Assembly (NCBI GenBank): GCA_009602725.1
Contig: WELB01000020.1
Coordinates: 1,003,701-1,056,826, forward strand
Direction: 5' to 3'
Length of the DNA stretch: 53,126 nucleotides
From: Spirogloea muscicola
Taxonomy: Eukaryota
In this document: piece by piece, positions 18,071 to 31,890 of the stretch
Layout of the letters: every line of letters starts with the position of its first letter
Position numbering within the stretch: the first letter of the stretch is position 1
Made by a program: the position numbers and the translations under genes
Notes under the pieces: model-generated
The model's input: only the letters and a program-made list of their open reading frames with translations
The model's database searches: none
Told to the model about the DNA's origin: nothing

Positions 18071-18621
18071 CTGGGGAGACTCTCATCGGCCAAGCACAAC
18101 GGGCTGAAAGGGTGATTCTACCGACCCACTGATTCACCATTCTTCTACACGCAACACCTTCTGCGCCATCCGGCCCTTTCGGACCTTGTAAATTCCTTTG
18201 GGCATGGCCTCTCAAAGCCACTGCCGTGAATATAGAAAAGCTGTATTCTTTGATTGCTGGCCGGAGAAAGACAGAGAGAAAGCGCGCGGTGCACATGAAA
18301 TTGAAAGGGAGGCCAATTCTAGCTTAAGAGAACACACAGCTCTCCAAATTACAGAGAGGTAGAGAGGCGCAAAGCCCTGCTGCTGCCTGCTGCTCCAGCC
18401 CGTCCCTGCAGACCGTCGCTGCGAGAAATTGCCGGCTGTGTGTAAAACCTGAATGGTATTCCAATGTACGGCAGTGGCTGTGAGAGGCCAGCCCGAGGAA
18501 TGTACAAGGCTCTGTGTGAGCAGTCAGTGGCTACTCCTCTGAGTGGCCTAGTGGCCATTTCAATCGCTGTGGGCTTCAGCGCTTTTCTGGCCCCTTCGAA
18601 TTTTGTGCGGTCTAAAGTTCG

Positions 18622-21015
18622 AGGAAAACGTGTGTACAAAGAGATGGGGAGGCCATGTGTGGCCAAGTACAAAGGCAAGCACATTGACAAATGTACGTCG
18701 CCTGCTGCTAAGCTGACCCGCTCAGTAACCACGAGTCAGCACATAGAGGTCGCTAACTGATGCTCGAATAGCGGACGGCAATTGACAAGCTCTTGAAATA
18801 CCAGCCAAGACTCGACCAGCTTCCTGATGCAAAGCATATGCCTGAGCTCGCTGCAGACAAGCTGACATTCGACGTCGCAAAGATGACAGATAGGCTGCCG
18901 GCATACCCATCTGGGCTGGAAGCATATCCTCGCGTCGTGCATATCCCAGACTCGCTGTGTTCTCAAGTAGGGTATGGAAGCGAGGACCCAAGCAGCCAAA
19001 AATGTCGATTGCGGCCGGGAGAAAGTGGTCGCTGCGGGGGTAGTCAGAGTAGTGTTGGAGCTTTCTTTGCTCAGCACCTCCCACGCGTGGCCAGCAATGT
19101 GTGGAAGCGGAACTCTTGTATGCCTCGGTCACCACCACATCCACCAAGGCTCGTGGGCCTCCGCCAGGTTGTACACCCACAATGTCCAGGGTGCGACGGT
19201 GATGGCGACCCTGGGAACCCGTGGTGATGGGCATTACATTGCTTACTTCCACAATGGTGCGGTAGCCGGAGTCGCGCATCAAGCCCGCCAGGGCGTCTCG
19301 TAGGAATTTGTGGACGCCCACCACCTCAGGGCCTGTGGGATACCGCAGCATGTGGGTGGCTAGGTCTCCGCTCTCCGCACGGAAGCCACACTCACACTGA
19401 ATTACTCCTATCAGGCAGGTCGGGGGCAGGCCCAGGAACAGCTGGAGAAGTGTCCGGAATGCTTCAGGGCTGATTTTGAATAGCGTTGTGGATTGCGTGT
19501 GAGGTGAGCCAATCGGATGCTTCAGGCGTTGCGAGCGATGTGAGACGTGCCAGACTCCTTGGATTGGTCTTGATATCCGGCATCGTCCTCAACGCCTTGC
19601 GACGCTCGTCCTCAACTGCAGCAACGTGTCTGGCCTGTGCTGCTTTGTCTGGTGCTTGAGCAAGCGCCGAGAAGGGGGTGAGGAGGGGTTGTAGGGAGGG
19701 GAAGGAGCAGAGTGCTGACTCCCGGATGCTCCTCAATTGCACTTGGAATGCCAAGGAGCCTTCCTCCACCTCGGCTGCAGGGCAGGCCAGGCAAGGGAAG
19801 CGCAAGGGAAGAAAGGAGGCAACCTGGTGCCAGCAACCGAGAAAGGCTGCCTGCGCCGTCTGTTCAAGTGACCGGCAGCCCAGGCCGCCCATTCGTGTGG
19901 GAAGGGATGCCTGCAGGGAGGATGAAGGTGAGGGGAAGGATGGGTGTTGAATCAGGGAAGCCAGGGTTTGCAGGAGGGAGGTGTCGAACTCCTTGTACAG
20001 CTCGCCCACCATGTCCGTTGGGGCGACTGTTCGCTGCAGGTAGCCAGCTCGTTGAGCAATGCAGTGAGTAAGGATGGCCAGCGCCAGCTGCGGATCTCCG
20101 AGGAGAAGAAGGGAGGGAAGGGGGGCAAGGTGTTGCTGCAGACGTTCACGAAGTCCTCCGCAACGTGGGATGGAGTGCCAAGGGGACCTTTGAGAACAGC
20201 CAGCCCATTGGCAGGGGTCTGGCAGCCTGGTGGGAGCTGGAGGTTGGTGGGGAGGCCGTGTGGTAACCATGCCACGCTCTTGGTGGGGCAAACCCGCAGG
20301 CCCATTGTGCTCAGTTCGTGTACGAGCAAGGGGTAAGTCGCCATGACTGCTGACGGTGGGGCGACGATGTGTGTGTCGTCGGCGTAGGAGGGAAGGAGGA
20401 GGTTGGGATGCAGGCTCTGGGTGCGCCGTAGTGCCCGGGAATGTGCCAAGGCGGAAAGCATGGAGCTGAGGAGATCTCCCTGGCGTGTGCCACTTGTGGA
20501 CCATAAGGTCGTCCAAGACTCCTCCGAACGCCACAGCAGCCGCCCTGGCCGGCCATAGGCCTTGAGGAAATATGGAATCAAGGACGGGAAGTGATCACTC
20601 AGCTCCTCCATGATAGCGCTGCGCTCCACAGTGTTCAATGCGTTGGCTATGTCCAGTCCAAGGACCATGTGTGATGGGTTGACATCCAGTGCTGCACGGA
20701 GCCCGTGGACGAGGGCCTCTGCCCCGCAGGACATGCCAGCACCAAACTGGTGGGGTGAAATTTGGGTGGACAGCTGGGACTTTAGCTCGCCGCACAAAGC
20801 CTTGGTCACCAGCCGCATGATGACTTCGGCCATGGCGATGGGCCTCACACCACCTGACGACTTGGCCAGAGCCAGCAGGTGGCTGGAGGTGAGAGCGTCG
20901 GCGATGCGCGGGGGAATGGTGGCTCTGGTGATGTGCCGGCAGGTGGAGAGGAGCAGGGAGAAGCTTCTTTCATCTCCATTTTGGAAAATGTCCCGTAGGT
21001 GCTCGAAGAGCCATC
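18622..21015 (-). mobile_element. 5'-truncated CRE-like non-LTR retrotransposon (RT, zinc knuckle, restriction-like endonuclease, 3' UTR), frameshifted
   Basis: RT motifs GGVRPIA, PHQFGAG, LDIANA, GTRQGD, YADD; then LPTRMGGLG, the CECG...H.LR...G...H knuckle region, RLE-like RTLDIV...LVDVVV...K..Y, and the end SDLYVLTRGY-stop at 18722. Confidence 0.88.
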
Positions 21016-22325
21016 CATGTTTTCCGGGCTGGCCTCTCACAGCCATCGCCCTCTACTGGAGGCATCTTCCGTCATAGGGTACATTGAGTAGTCAGTGGCC
21101 ACCACCACTAAGTGGCCACTTGAGTCGCTGTCTGCTTCAGCGCTTCTCTGCTTTCCAATTGCTGTGACGAGCTGGTCATAGGTGATAATCTATCTGTGCT
21201 TCTTCTCCCATACAAAATCTGTGTCACAAAGGTCAAGAGAACGGAAATGCTTGTCGCTCAGACCTAGATTCCAAATCCTGAACAAATTTACTATCAGACA
21301 GTGTTCCAAAAACAAGGACAGCAGATTGCAACATGTAAGCGTGCTGGAGCTCTTCTTCTACTTAACAGATAAGCCTCAGTGTGAGCTTTACTATACAATT
21401 TGCAATATCAGCAGATGCCAATTGAAGCATTGGCTCTGTACAGGGACTGTTGTCCTCCATTTTGAGACCTCAAGGCGCACATACATGGATTCTTAAATTA
21501 CATGTTTTACAACTGGCCTACACTCTTCGTATTATACTCTCAAGAAGCTTGTAGCTATGATGCTTGACCTGAGTCCATCAAATGATATTCCAGGTCATGG
21601 TAATCAACTGATATTGATGCTCTGAGTGCCTCCAACTCTTCATCACTGTGCTCCTCATTACCCTCTGCAGGATCTCTGTTTGCAGCCTGCAAGTTGTTGA
21701 GGTTCACCTGCTCACTGGGTGGCCAGCATCAGTGTCAATCTGTTCCTCTTGTCGACTGTCGAGCTTGTATGTCAGCACACATGTCACACGCATCGCTCCA
21801 TCTGCCACTTATGTGTACTACTGGATTGCCAAATTACACCGTCTAAGTACAACCTCTAGAGGCTTAAACACGCTTGCAAGCTGTACAAAAATGTGCAGTA
21901 TACAGTCTGAACAAGAGATTGCTATCAAAGCATGCCCTTCATGCGCGTGCATTTGAGGAGTACCTGAGGTGCAGTCTTGCCATCAGGACTCGTGGCCTCA
22001 CTCATGGAAACAGGTTCCTCGTGAATGTTCTGCTTCTGGTCAGTGTGACCACTCTGTTAACATTAAAATGCAGCATGCTTCATGCCAACACAAACAGCAC
22101 AAGGTGCATGTATGGTCCACCTTGACACAGTCTGCTGAGGAGAGTAAGCAGCAATATTGTGATTACTTGTGCCAAACAGCAGCCCTTCTTCAATGTCAGT
22201 GCTACAACTAGAAGCCCACAGCTGCATTAATGTCTCAGGTGAGAGGCACTGTTGCTTGTAAGCTTGTAGATATCTATGAAGAGGGTGGCAACTGCTAGAA
22301 GAGGCTGTGGGCAACACCCTCTTAC

Positions 22326-24278
22326 CTCTGTAGCAGAGCTTGTTAAAGTAGCAGCTGGCTGGCTGCAGCCCATATACTCTGCGTTGTCACTGATATTCTG
22401 TTCTTTCTTCAATGCAATCAGCGCAGTTTGAGGCATCGTCGAAGGCAAGGCAAATTGACCCTGCTTTTCACCAACCACATGTGGCATCAATATAGGGCCT
22501 CCCAAACTTTGTCACACATAGCTTCCGCACTTGTATGATCAACAAGTCCCATGCACTTAGATTAAGGTATGATCCATCAAGAGCCGCAGATGCACAGTTT
22601 ACGCCTGCAGCTACAGACGTGATTCTTTAGCTCTTATAGTGACCTAGCGGATACTGCCGCTTGGCAAAGGACAGTGCATAAACATGCCGACAAACGACAC
22701 AATAAATGTAATAATTCCAGGAATCTCGGCTACCTTGAAAAGGAGTATAGGACTCATCAAGTCCACGTCCTGCATTTCAATTGCTGCTTCCCTTTGTACC
22801 TCATGATCCGTATCAAACAAGTTCACCAAAGCTCGTCGTGCAGCTGCAGAAGATGACTCCGCACCGCCACTGCTTCTTGGTCTGGACTTCGATTTGCCTT
22901 TTGGGCCTCTTTTCTCTGACTTATTCCCGAACAGTGCCGCGCTCACGTGCTCTGGAAGTGTCCTATTCAGCAGTAGTGCGTCGTTGGGGAAGCTTGCCTG
23001 AAGCATTGGCGGCTGGGCTTCCTTTGCGCATATTTTGCACAGGATATAAGTGGCCTGTAGATCGCCAGCAAGGCCCCACAGGAATGAGTGGCTGAATGTA
23101 GCAAGTAAGCCTTGACAGTAGGGACATAAATATGTAGCAACAGCCGTGCCAGTAAGTCTGATCACGATGCTGCTACCCCTAGCATCCTTGACCGAGAAGA
23201 GCGTCTTCATTTCACAGTTATTTGCAAGACCCCCAGTAGACAGAAGCATATGGAATCACGAGAACATGAACAAGAAGGCTTAATATTACGTAGGACATAT
23301 TAGTGGCTCCAGGACAGCTTGGACTTAAAGTAGGAAGAAAGAAGATAACGAACTTATACAGTCATGCACTGAAACCAAGGACTGGGCTTTTAAGGTCATA
23401 TTTAAGTTCATCGGATTGACCCATCTCACACCACACCGGTCTGAGCATGAGAGGAATAGGACGTACTCCATTTGGTGCTGACTTCTTTCCCATCAATTCA
23501 AATTCATACATAGTCCACTTATGCCTCATCCAGTCACTCCTCCATGCATTCATTGTCTGATCAGTCAGGGAACTCCCGTCCAACAAGTACGTGTAGGTCC
23601 TCCTTGTGCCTGCCGCTCCAGCAGACCTCACCTCAACTGCTTTACCTCCCGCGTTCTTCCAGCGGCCACATCCTGCGGAACGATCTGAGTCGCTCGCTCG
23701 CTCGCTGTTGATGCCCCACTTTGCGGTTGGAGAAGGACTCAGGTAAATAAAGTCGTGATTTCCTCGACAGTCTTCGGCTGCGCGTTCCAAGCCAGATGGC
23801 TTGCATGAGGAGGACAGGATGATGTGCCACACACAGTGACACTGGGTATCGGCACACAAAAACTAATGGTACAACTTGAGGACGTATCTTTGAGAAAGGG
23901 TTTAAGAGAAGTAGATTATGATAGTGCAACTGCGGATTGGACAAGTGGCTACTGTGACAGGAGTAGCAATGCCCATGCTATTGAGTCTGAGCCATGCAAT
24001 GAGCACCAATAGCGGTAGTAGCATGTGGTGCCCAGACCTGGCAGCTGCCAAGGGGGCCGCTCATAGACATTCTTGTACGGAATGAGTAGCGAGAGCTGCA
24101 AAAACCATGCTGTTTGGTGAATGCTTGGCCAGTCTGTCCTCTCAGCCAGGTGTTGGATCAGCTCTGCAGCAGTGTATACAAGCCGAATGCCTGGTACTCG
24201 CTCGCCCTCGAAGCCTGGGTCACGAGATTCCAGTACTTTGCACACGAAGCAGACACCCGCATGCTCGCTTGTCGCCAA
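22326..24278 (-). CDS. Divergent NAC (NAM/ATAF/CUC)-domain transcription factor-like gene. Exons about 24278-24038, 23777-23467, 23054-22734, plus a probable exon about 22500-22326; 3' end unresolved
   Basis: VPGIRLVYTAAELIQHL resembles subdomain A (PPGFRFHPTDEELV); IPYKNVYERPPWQLP resembles B; FIYLSP...RSAGCGRWKNAG resembles C; GTRRTYTYL...KWTMYEFEL resembles D; YILCKI resembles E. GT/AG sites keep the frame, followed by a low-complexity C-terminal region. Confidence 0.7.
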
Positions 24279-26654
24279 ATCTCTTCACCACACGTTGAAA
24301 CAAGCCCAAGTGAGCAGAGGTGAAGACGACCAAGGTGGACTTAGTCCACAAAGTGAGAGTGATACTCATAGCTGAATCAAGTACTTCCACAGGATCAGAC
24401 TGATTGTGCAGTGTGTATCACAATGTTGACAGTTGACACAAAGGAGGAGGGCAGGCGTGCATGACATGTCTTGCCTCAAGTGCACCTTTCCTTTTTGGCC
24501 TTTGCAGGGGCAACAAGTGTTGCTGATACAAAGACTGCTCCCAGGGCGGCCATGACTTAGAGCTACAAGGTGATCAGAGCTGTGAGGATAGGCTCACACA
24601 AGGTCCTAGGCAACTATTCTCAGGTAATCCTCACCTCATAAATTGATGGCTCAAAAGATCACAGTAGTAACTTGTAGGAGAGGACCTCCTCTCGTGCTCG
24701 CTGCAGCCTCAGCGCTAGCCCAAGCGAGGGCAGGGGAACGGAAGGGCGCAGCTCCGTCTCGGCCGCTCGGCGGACGGCCTGAGGCGAGTGAAGAGAGTGT
24801 CGAGTGACGGAGGGCCTGAGTCGCCAGAACGGCCTTATGTCGGGCCAGTTTTGAACGTGGGTAGCGCTTATATATACTGTTATAAACTGTCACTGCACAT
24901 TGCACTGTCACACCCCCCCTGGTGATATGTTCTGTGCTCACTGTGACTGGAGCTTGTCTCTGATGTGTCAGCCATCTCTGCTGCAACAACCTTACAGGGG
25001 CAATTCCAACAAGCATCACCCAGCTTACCAACCTTGTCATCCCTTTAGTATTCTGTCTACCTTGACAACTCTTTGAAGGATCCCTCTGATGAACCCCTCA
25101 ACTTGATATTAGCAGTGCGTTTAGTCACACATCATGACCCCTCAAAACACAAATTCTTCTGATTAGCAGGTTTGCTTACAATTTGCAGCATTCTGGACCG
25201 CAATGGCTTCACAGGCCCATTACCATCCGACATGAGTTCCATGACGCAGCTCCAGAAAAAATGTAAGACAATAGCCAGGCAACAACTTGTCTGTGTCAGG
25301 AAGCCTATTACGACCTATTTCTGACGTGTTGCTGAGTAGCAGGATCCCAGCTATGAGCGGGCCTCAATGCCCAATGCTCTCTAAAGCATGATCCAACAAA
25401 CACAAGCATGACATTTGGAGCAGAAAGTATGTCCTGTTTGAACTGTTATAAAGTGCTCTAGCTCATTCTTTGAGGCACAGTCACTGGACACCTGTAATCG
25501 AGGCACGTCGTTAACATGGTAGATGCACGTTACTTGTGTCGCAGCCAGATTGCGCACAACAACTTGACCGGCAAAGTTCCCTATCCATTTCCTGCCGACG
25601 GCGGAGATGTGATCACACACTTGTATGACTCTAGCTATTCCTTTTGCTACATCACTGTCTGCTTCACAGTGGCAAGAAAGTTACACCGTCGGCTTGCTGA
25701 GGACAACCAGTGGTGAATGTTCTCTTGCAACTGTTGTTCAAGCAGATGCTCTCTGAGTAAATTTACTGACCTCCTATGTGTAATGTCTTCACACAGCGAC
25801 CTTTCATACAACAACCTTGACGCCGACTTCTTCCCTCAAGGACTCATATAATCCACCAACTTGGAAGTCATGTATGTTCCACTGCTGAAGCAGAGCACAG
25901 CAATAATTTGCTTTTCGCTTGAGTACCTCTTGACATACCACTTGTAGTTGTCCGGAGGTCTGAGGAAGCCAGCATGGGGTGTGTAAGCAGGACAAGTAGA
26001 GTTACAGTGACGCTATCATCACATGACCATTGCTAATCACGCTTGACCTGCCGATATTGCGCAGAAATTTGGCAGGAAACAACTTCATTGAAACATTATA
26101 TACGCATTTTGGAGACTTGAAGGTTTTACGAAAATTGTAAGTTACAGATTGCACCATTTCAGAACCTCCTCAACAGTAACATGTCCATTGAAGTGCTCCT
26201 GCAGCTACGTCTTTTGTCGCTTGCTCCCACTTGCAGGGTGGCACAGAAGCTAATGTTTGAGCAACTGCATAGTTTGAAGAAGTTCCTCCAACAGTCCTCA
26301 ACGTCCAATGTTGCGTGTTTCCACTTGCTGAGCGACACCAATAGCCTGATGCTTGATCATGACTGAAAATCACTCGCTGCTTTTAAATGTGACAGTGATG
26401 TCTCACACAACAATCTTCAGGGAGGGTTTCCGAGGACATTACTACGTCCGTATGTGCATCCCAACTTGACCTGGATAGACGTCTCATACAACTACATGGT
26501 AGGCCCTCTGTATGGCCCAGCGCCCAGCAACGGCACAGTCCCAAATGGCACACGGGTTTTCACTGCCAACAATTGCTTCAATACGACATATGCGACACAT
26601 CAAAGGCCAGCTTCAGTGTGCAAAGCACACAATATGCCCCCACGTGAGAGCTGA

Positions 26655-27065
<411 letters not shown>

Positions 27066-27176
27066 NNNNNNNNNNNNNNNNNNNNNNNNNNNNNNNNNNN
27101 NNNNNNNNNNNNNNNNNNNNNNNNNNNNNNNNNNNNNNNNNNNNNNNNNNNNNNNNNNNNNNNNNNNNNNNNNNNN
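27066..27176. other. Assembly gap (N run)
   Basis: N characters. Confidence 1.
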
Positions 27177-29004
27177 CCCCCCGTACTTTGGCCTCTCTTC
27201 CCTCCCCCTCTCCCGTCGCGCTCCTGAATCTTCTTTGGTTGTTTTCCTGCCTCTCTCCTTCTCCTTGTTGCGTGTCTTTGTGCTTTTACTATGTCAATCT
27301 CTCCTCATAACCGAATGTTGCTTTCACACCCCAATCTATCTGTCTCTTCTCCTCTACCTCTACCACTCTCTCTATCAAGAGCAGCGTGATGTCACTCGTG
27401 TTTGTGCAGCCTGCATTCCTGGACAAGCCCACTACACCTGCCAGAATCTGGGGTTGAGTTATGATCCTGCATACGCATGCATGGGTGGAGGTTGCAAGTA
27501 ATCTCCATGACTCAGAGGACTTTTCCGCATGATCTGCTGCCAACATATGATGATTATGATGTTAAAGGGCTCCGGAGCTTAAACACTCAGCTGTGCAATG
27601 AGAATGGTCCCTGTCCAAAGTACATTACAGAAAATGATGTTGGAAATTAAAGCCCTATCAAGATTATGTGGAGGGACACCATGCATTGTCACTCACATCC
27701 TCTGTGTCACATCATATGTAGTTCTGAAGGAGTATGTGATGTGGTGGCTTTTGAGAATGGCATTGCTTGCTACAGTACCAGCTATTCCTCGGATTGCGCA
27801 AAACTTCATTGCGAGTGAGTTCCTAGTAGCCAGAAGTTAGAAGTAGCACCTTGCAACCTGGATTTCATTTGTCTGCTTGCTCTTGCACAGGCTCGTACAG
27901 GCACTGTGATGCTTGCTTGGACTTTCTTGCGCTCTGTTCTGCATGTTGGCCTAAAATCCTCTCACTAGCAGCTACACGAGCACAGTCCTACTGAGGCATC
28001 CTTGACGTTCTGCCACGCCTATGGCACAAGCACTTGATAACTGCTCTAATCCCTTCATTGTGGCCAACTTGGAGTTGGCTTCTGGATTGTGCCTGATACT
28101 TGTGCATGTTACTCCATGTAATTAAGCATTCAATGCCTGCAGGGATGGACAATGTACAGCAGAGTACATCTACAGTGCCTATAGTGGCCAGAAGTGCAGG
28201 CCACAGGGATGTCCCAATGACGATGATACCTGCTAATCTTTGTGTGATGGTGAAGGCCATTGTCAGCCCAATTACCGAGTAGACACTTGTGAGCCGTACT
28301 TCTGATCCAGCTGCAGGAGGTCACGAGGGGCTCAATGACTACATGAACAAGCAGTCTCTTTGTGCCTGCTTCGTGGACTTACACGTGGGTCAGCTCCCTG
28401 TGGGCTGGAGACCCTCGAAGGCATTATCTTGTTATGCCTAAGCGTAATATATTGCTGCAATAACGAGAATACGTGGAAAGTATGACACCATCACCAATCG
28501 GCTATTACTTCCAATTAGACAACTATAGCTCCGCAAGACAGATGCTGTGCTTGACAATAATATGGCGCTTTCGGCTTAAGCTCTGCTTGATGTCTCTCTT
28601 GGCTGACGTGCTCATCCTTAAGCACCTATGCGCGGCCACACACAAGTTCACTCCTCATAGTACAGGTCGTGCAATACATTGGTGGCTAGTTGGTGTCGAT
28701 CTGATAAGGATGGTGACGTGGTTGCACACGTAGACGTATAATATTGACTGACTAGTCTGGTGTGATGGGATTTGAAAGTATGGCACTTTCAGCTTAGCTT
28801 CGGTCAACAGGCATGTACTCTATCTGCCCGGGCCAGAAGCGGCTTCTGTGCACATAGGCAATCATCCTGCCGCTCCCGTCGCACAAAGAGAAGCCCAAAT
28901 AATAACCCAGAAGTCCATAAGCCCACTTTGAGGGTCGTAACGCACCCCGACGAGTTGTGGTAATTGCCGGCTAGGCAGAGGCGGGGTAATGGTGGGTACA
29001 TGGT

Positions 29005-29395
29005 AGAGTGATGGTCCCAGGCCGGGCCGCCGATCTGGTGGAATTGGCGGAGTCGACGCAGTCACCTGTCACCACATCGGCGATTATGCGGGGACCACCG
29101 CCGAGCGGGATGGCGACCAGGTCGGCGCGTAGAGTATGGGGCTGGCCGTCCGCGCCCAGCTGGATGGGCGTGATTGAGGCGTTTTCCGCAGCCACCTTGA
29201 ACACCCCCTGCATACCATCTCGCAGGAGGTCGTGGGAACCGGTCCGCGCGCCCCCGTGCACGCAACGGAGCGTATGCGCAGCCAGCTCCGCGAGTCAGCG
29301 TGAGTAGCATCGCACTCGCCCTGAGTGACGCCCACGAGGCAGGGAGGGAGGAGGCCCACGAGCCGGTGGACGGCCGTCCTGAAGACCTCATCGGG
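29005..29395 (-). mobile_element. Decayed internal fragment (zinc knuckle/RLE) of a more divergent CRE-like subfamily
   Basis: FRTAVHRLVGLLPPCLVG, LRCVHGGARTGSHDLLRD and LRADLVAIPLGGGPRIIADVVT align with motifs of the 17040 copy. Confidence 0.7.
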
Positions 29396-29399
29396 CGTC

Positions 29400-30345
29400 T
29401 TCAGCGCAGGACACTGAGCTTTCCAGTGCCCAGGCTGCTCGCAATAATTACACAAGTCTCTAGAGCCCCCAAACACTACCTGTCGTCCTCCTTGATCTTC
29501 GGTACCTGACCTGCCACCAACAGTTCTATGGGTCTGGTCGATCAATACTGGCTCCTTGAATCGGCTCTCTTGTTTCTTACTTGGGAACTTGCTCACCTCC
29601 TGTATGAGCTTGGCGGGTACGATCTCCAAGCTTCTCATGTCCCCGTCCATACAATCAAGGAAGGTGACGACAGTCTTGAATTTATGTATGTCCCTCAGGC
29701 TGTTCAACAAAATTGCAATTTGAAAGTTTTGATAGGATCTTCATTTGTTTTCAATGCCTCAAGTTCATCAACAACTCGCGTGAAATCCAAGAGATGCTCC
29801 GCCAGACTCGTGTCTTTGTCTATCTTCAAATTGATCAATTGAGAAGGACGCAGTGGTCTTCGCCTTTTCTGATGAACTACTCAGATCAACATCGCCTCAC
29901 ACAGATTCTTCCATCAGATTGCGCAGCGGAAGCATGGAGGAAGTCAGTGGCGTACTACGAACCCGCTGGCTCACAGAAAGCTGCAGCTGCAGCAAAGGTT
30001 GATCAATTTGAAGATGATCCGCAAACTCGTGTCTCCGTCCATAATCGACTTAATTTATCATTGCTGCAGCTGCGGCATTTTCTGAGCCAGCAGGCTCGCA
30101 GTACGCCACCAAATTCCTCAACGCTTCCGCCACACTATCTGATGGAAAGATCTGCGCCAGGTGGTGATGATCCAATCTGTTCATCAGAAACACGAAGACC
30201 ACTGGATTGTACTCCTTCCACTCCTGACAGGCATTGGTTGCCGTGTCAGGTGCTGGCTGCTCCCCCGGAACAACGCCCCACAGGCCATGTGCCCGTAACG
30301 CTGTCTCCACCGTTACCTTCCACATGCGCCAGTCCTCCCCTCAAT
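29400..30345 (-). mobile_element. Decayed Ty1/copia-type gag fragment(s) with internal inversion
   Basis: WKVTVETALRAHGLWGVVPG is typical of copia gag N-termini; zinc knuckle CNYCEQPGHWKAQC (CX2CX4HX4C). No pol or LTR recognised. Confidence 0.7.
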
Positions 30346-30593
30346 GCCAAAAATCAGTCCTCTGATACCATGTTGACGTGGAGAGGATGGCACCGCCACT
30401 GTGCCAACGTCCAAGCCGGCAAGAATAGTGTCAGCAGCAGCAGTGGGACCAGCAGCAGCAGCGCCTGCAGTGGCGACGGCAGCGATGGCGGTCCTGACGG
30501 CTGCGGCAGCGGCGAGCTAGACGTCGCGGTATCCGATGGCGTGCGCCCTAGCGAGTGCGAGGGGTCCAGCCCCTCCAGCGCCTCTTCTCTATG

Positions 30594-31890
30594 AGGAAGA
30601 AAGTGCTCGCCCATTGAGGATAGGGGCTGGAGATGACAGCCCAAAAAAGAATGAACAAAGTACGAGAAGGGGGCCAGGGACGCGCTAAGAATAACAAGCA
30701 CACACAGAAATAAAGCAGCTACGAATCACTCGGTAACCCCTGCTAAGCAGCCGCAGATCAGAGATGCTAGGCTCCTGGAAGTGGGTCCCCTGGCCAGAGT
30801 CTGAGCGCGCACCTTCTTCTCCAGCCGCTCCAGCCCTGGACCCGGCGGCGCGCCCTAGCGCCGCCACCGTCGATCTACGGGCCGGCGCCAAACCCGACGG
30901 TGGAGATTGAACAAGTGCTGACTCCTCGGGCTTGCCCGCAGCATACGCATTGACATGTTGTCCTGCCAACACAAGTGCTCACGAAGTATGTATAAGAGAA
31001 TTCTTTCGAAGGCCAGTTCGCACAAGTACGTCCCAAGGGGTGCTCGCACTCTGTCCTGAAGTCTTGACAATGATGGAAGTTCTGTAGAAACTATATACAC
31101 TTGATCACGTGTGGGTCTGACGGACAATGATGGGCTTCTGACGACGCCCAGCATGGAGGATGAGCGTGTAGGGGTGCACGTGAGCTGGCCGTGGTCTACG
31201 CAGTCCACATGGTCTACGCAGCTGCGCGCAGTCTACGCGGTTGGCCCGCTTGGACGAATTGCAGAAGCCCTTTCTCAATGGGCGAGCACTTTCATCTTTC
31301 TGAGGGGCGATGGCTGTGAAGGCCAGGCCAAGAGGAGGCGAGTATGCTGACCCTCCGCAAGAAGAAGGACGCTTCCAGGAGAGGGCGGTGGCTGTGAGAG
31401 GCCAGCCCAGAAAAAGGAATGAACAAAGTTCGACGGGGCCAGGGAATGCGCTGAAGCACACAAGGAATCCAGTAGCTACGAGACACTCAGTAACCCGCGC
31501 CATAGAGGGCGATGGCTGTGACTGGCCAGCCCAGACAGAAAACATGTACGAAGTTCGACGAAGGGAAGCAGGCCAATGTAATGCGGCAGGCTCTCTCGGC
31601 CAGGTGGTTCGCATGCGCCTGTCAGTATCGCTGCACCGGCAAATGGCACGCGCGTTGCATCTGCGTGCCGGTCGCGCTTTGGCTGCAGCCACTGGCCATA
31701 GACAGGGGACCTGCTACCGGGAAACTACTTCCTCTGACCTGCGGTTGCTCACAATGGGATATTGAGCACCCACTGGCCACTTGAGTCGCCGGGAGCTTTA
31801 GCGTTTTTCTGGCCCCTTCGAATGCTGCTCATTCTGATTCTGGGCTGGCAAGTACAGCCATCGCCCTGTACTGGAAGTGCCACTCTTCGC
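30594..31890. mobile_element. CRE-like 3' fragments (30594-30800 -, 31270-31500 -, 31575-31890 +) with unrelated DNA between
   Basis: QGTHFQEPSISDLRLLSRGY and AAGSLGQVVRMRL...SDLRLLTMGY-TGA (31765), plus UTR hairpins. Confidence 0.75.

Noticed and set aside
19952..21046. RT as a prokaryotic retron, DGR or group II intron system
   Set aside because: The context is eukaryotic, and the RT is followed by CCHC and RLE domains with many 5'-truncated copies, typical of non-LTR retrotransposons.
21600..22250. Further NAC exons
   Set aside because: Plausible splice sites exist but no homology fixes the frame, so they are left unassigned.
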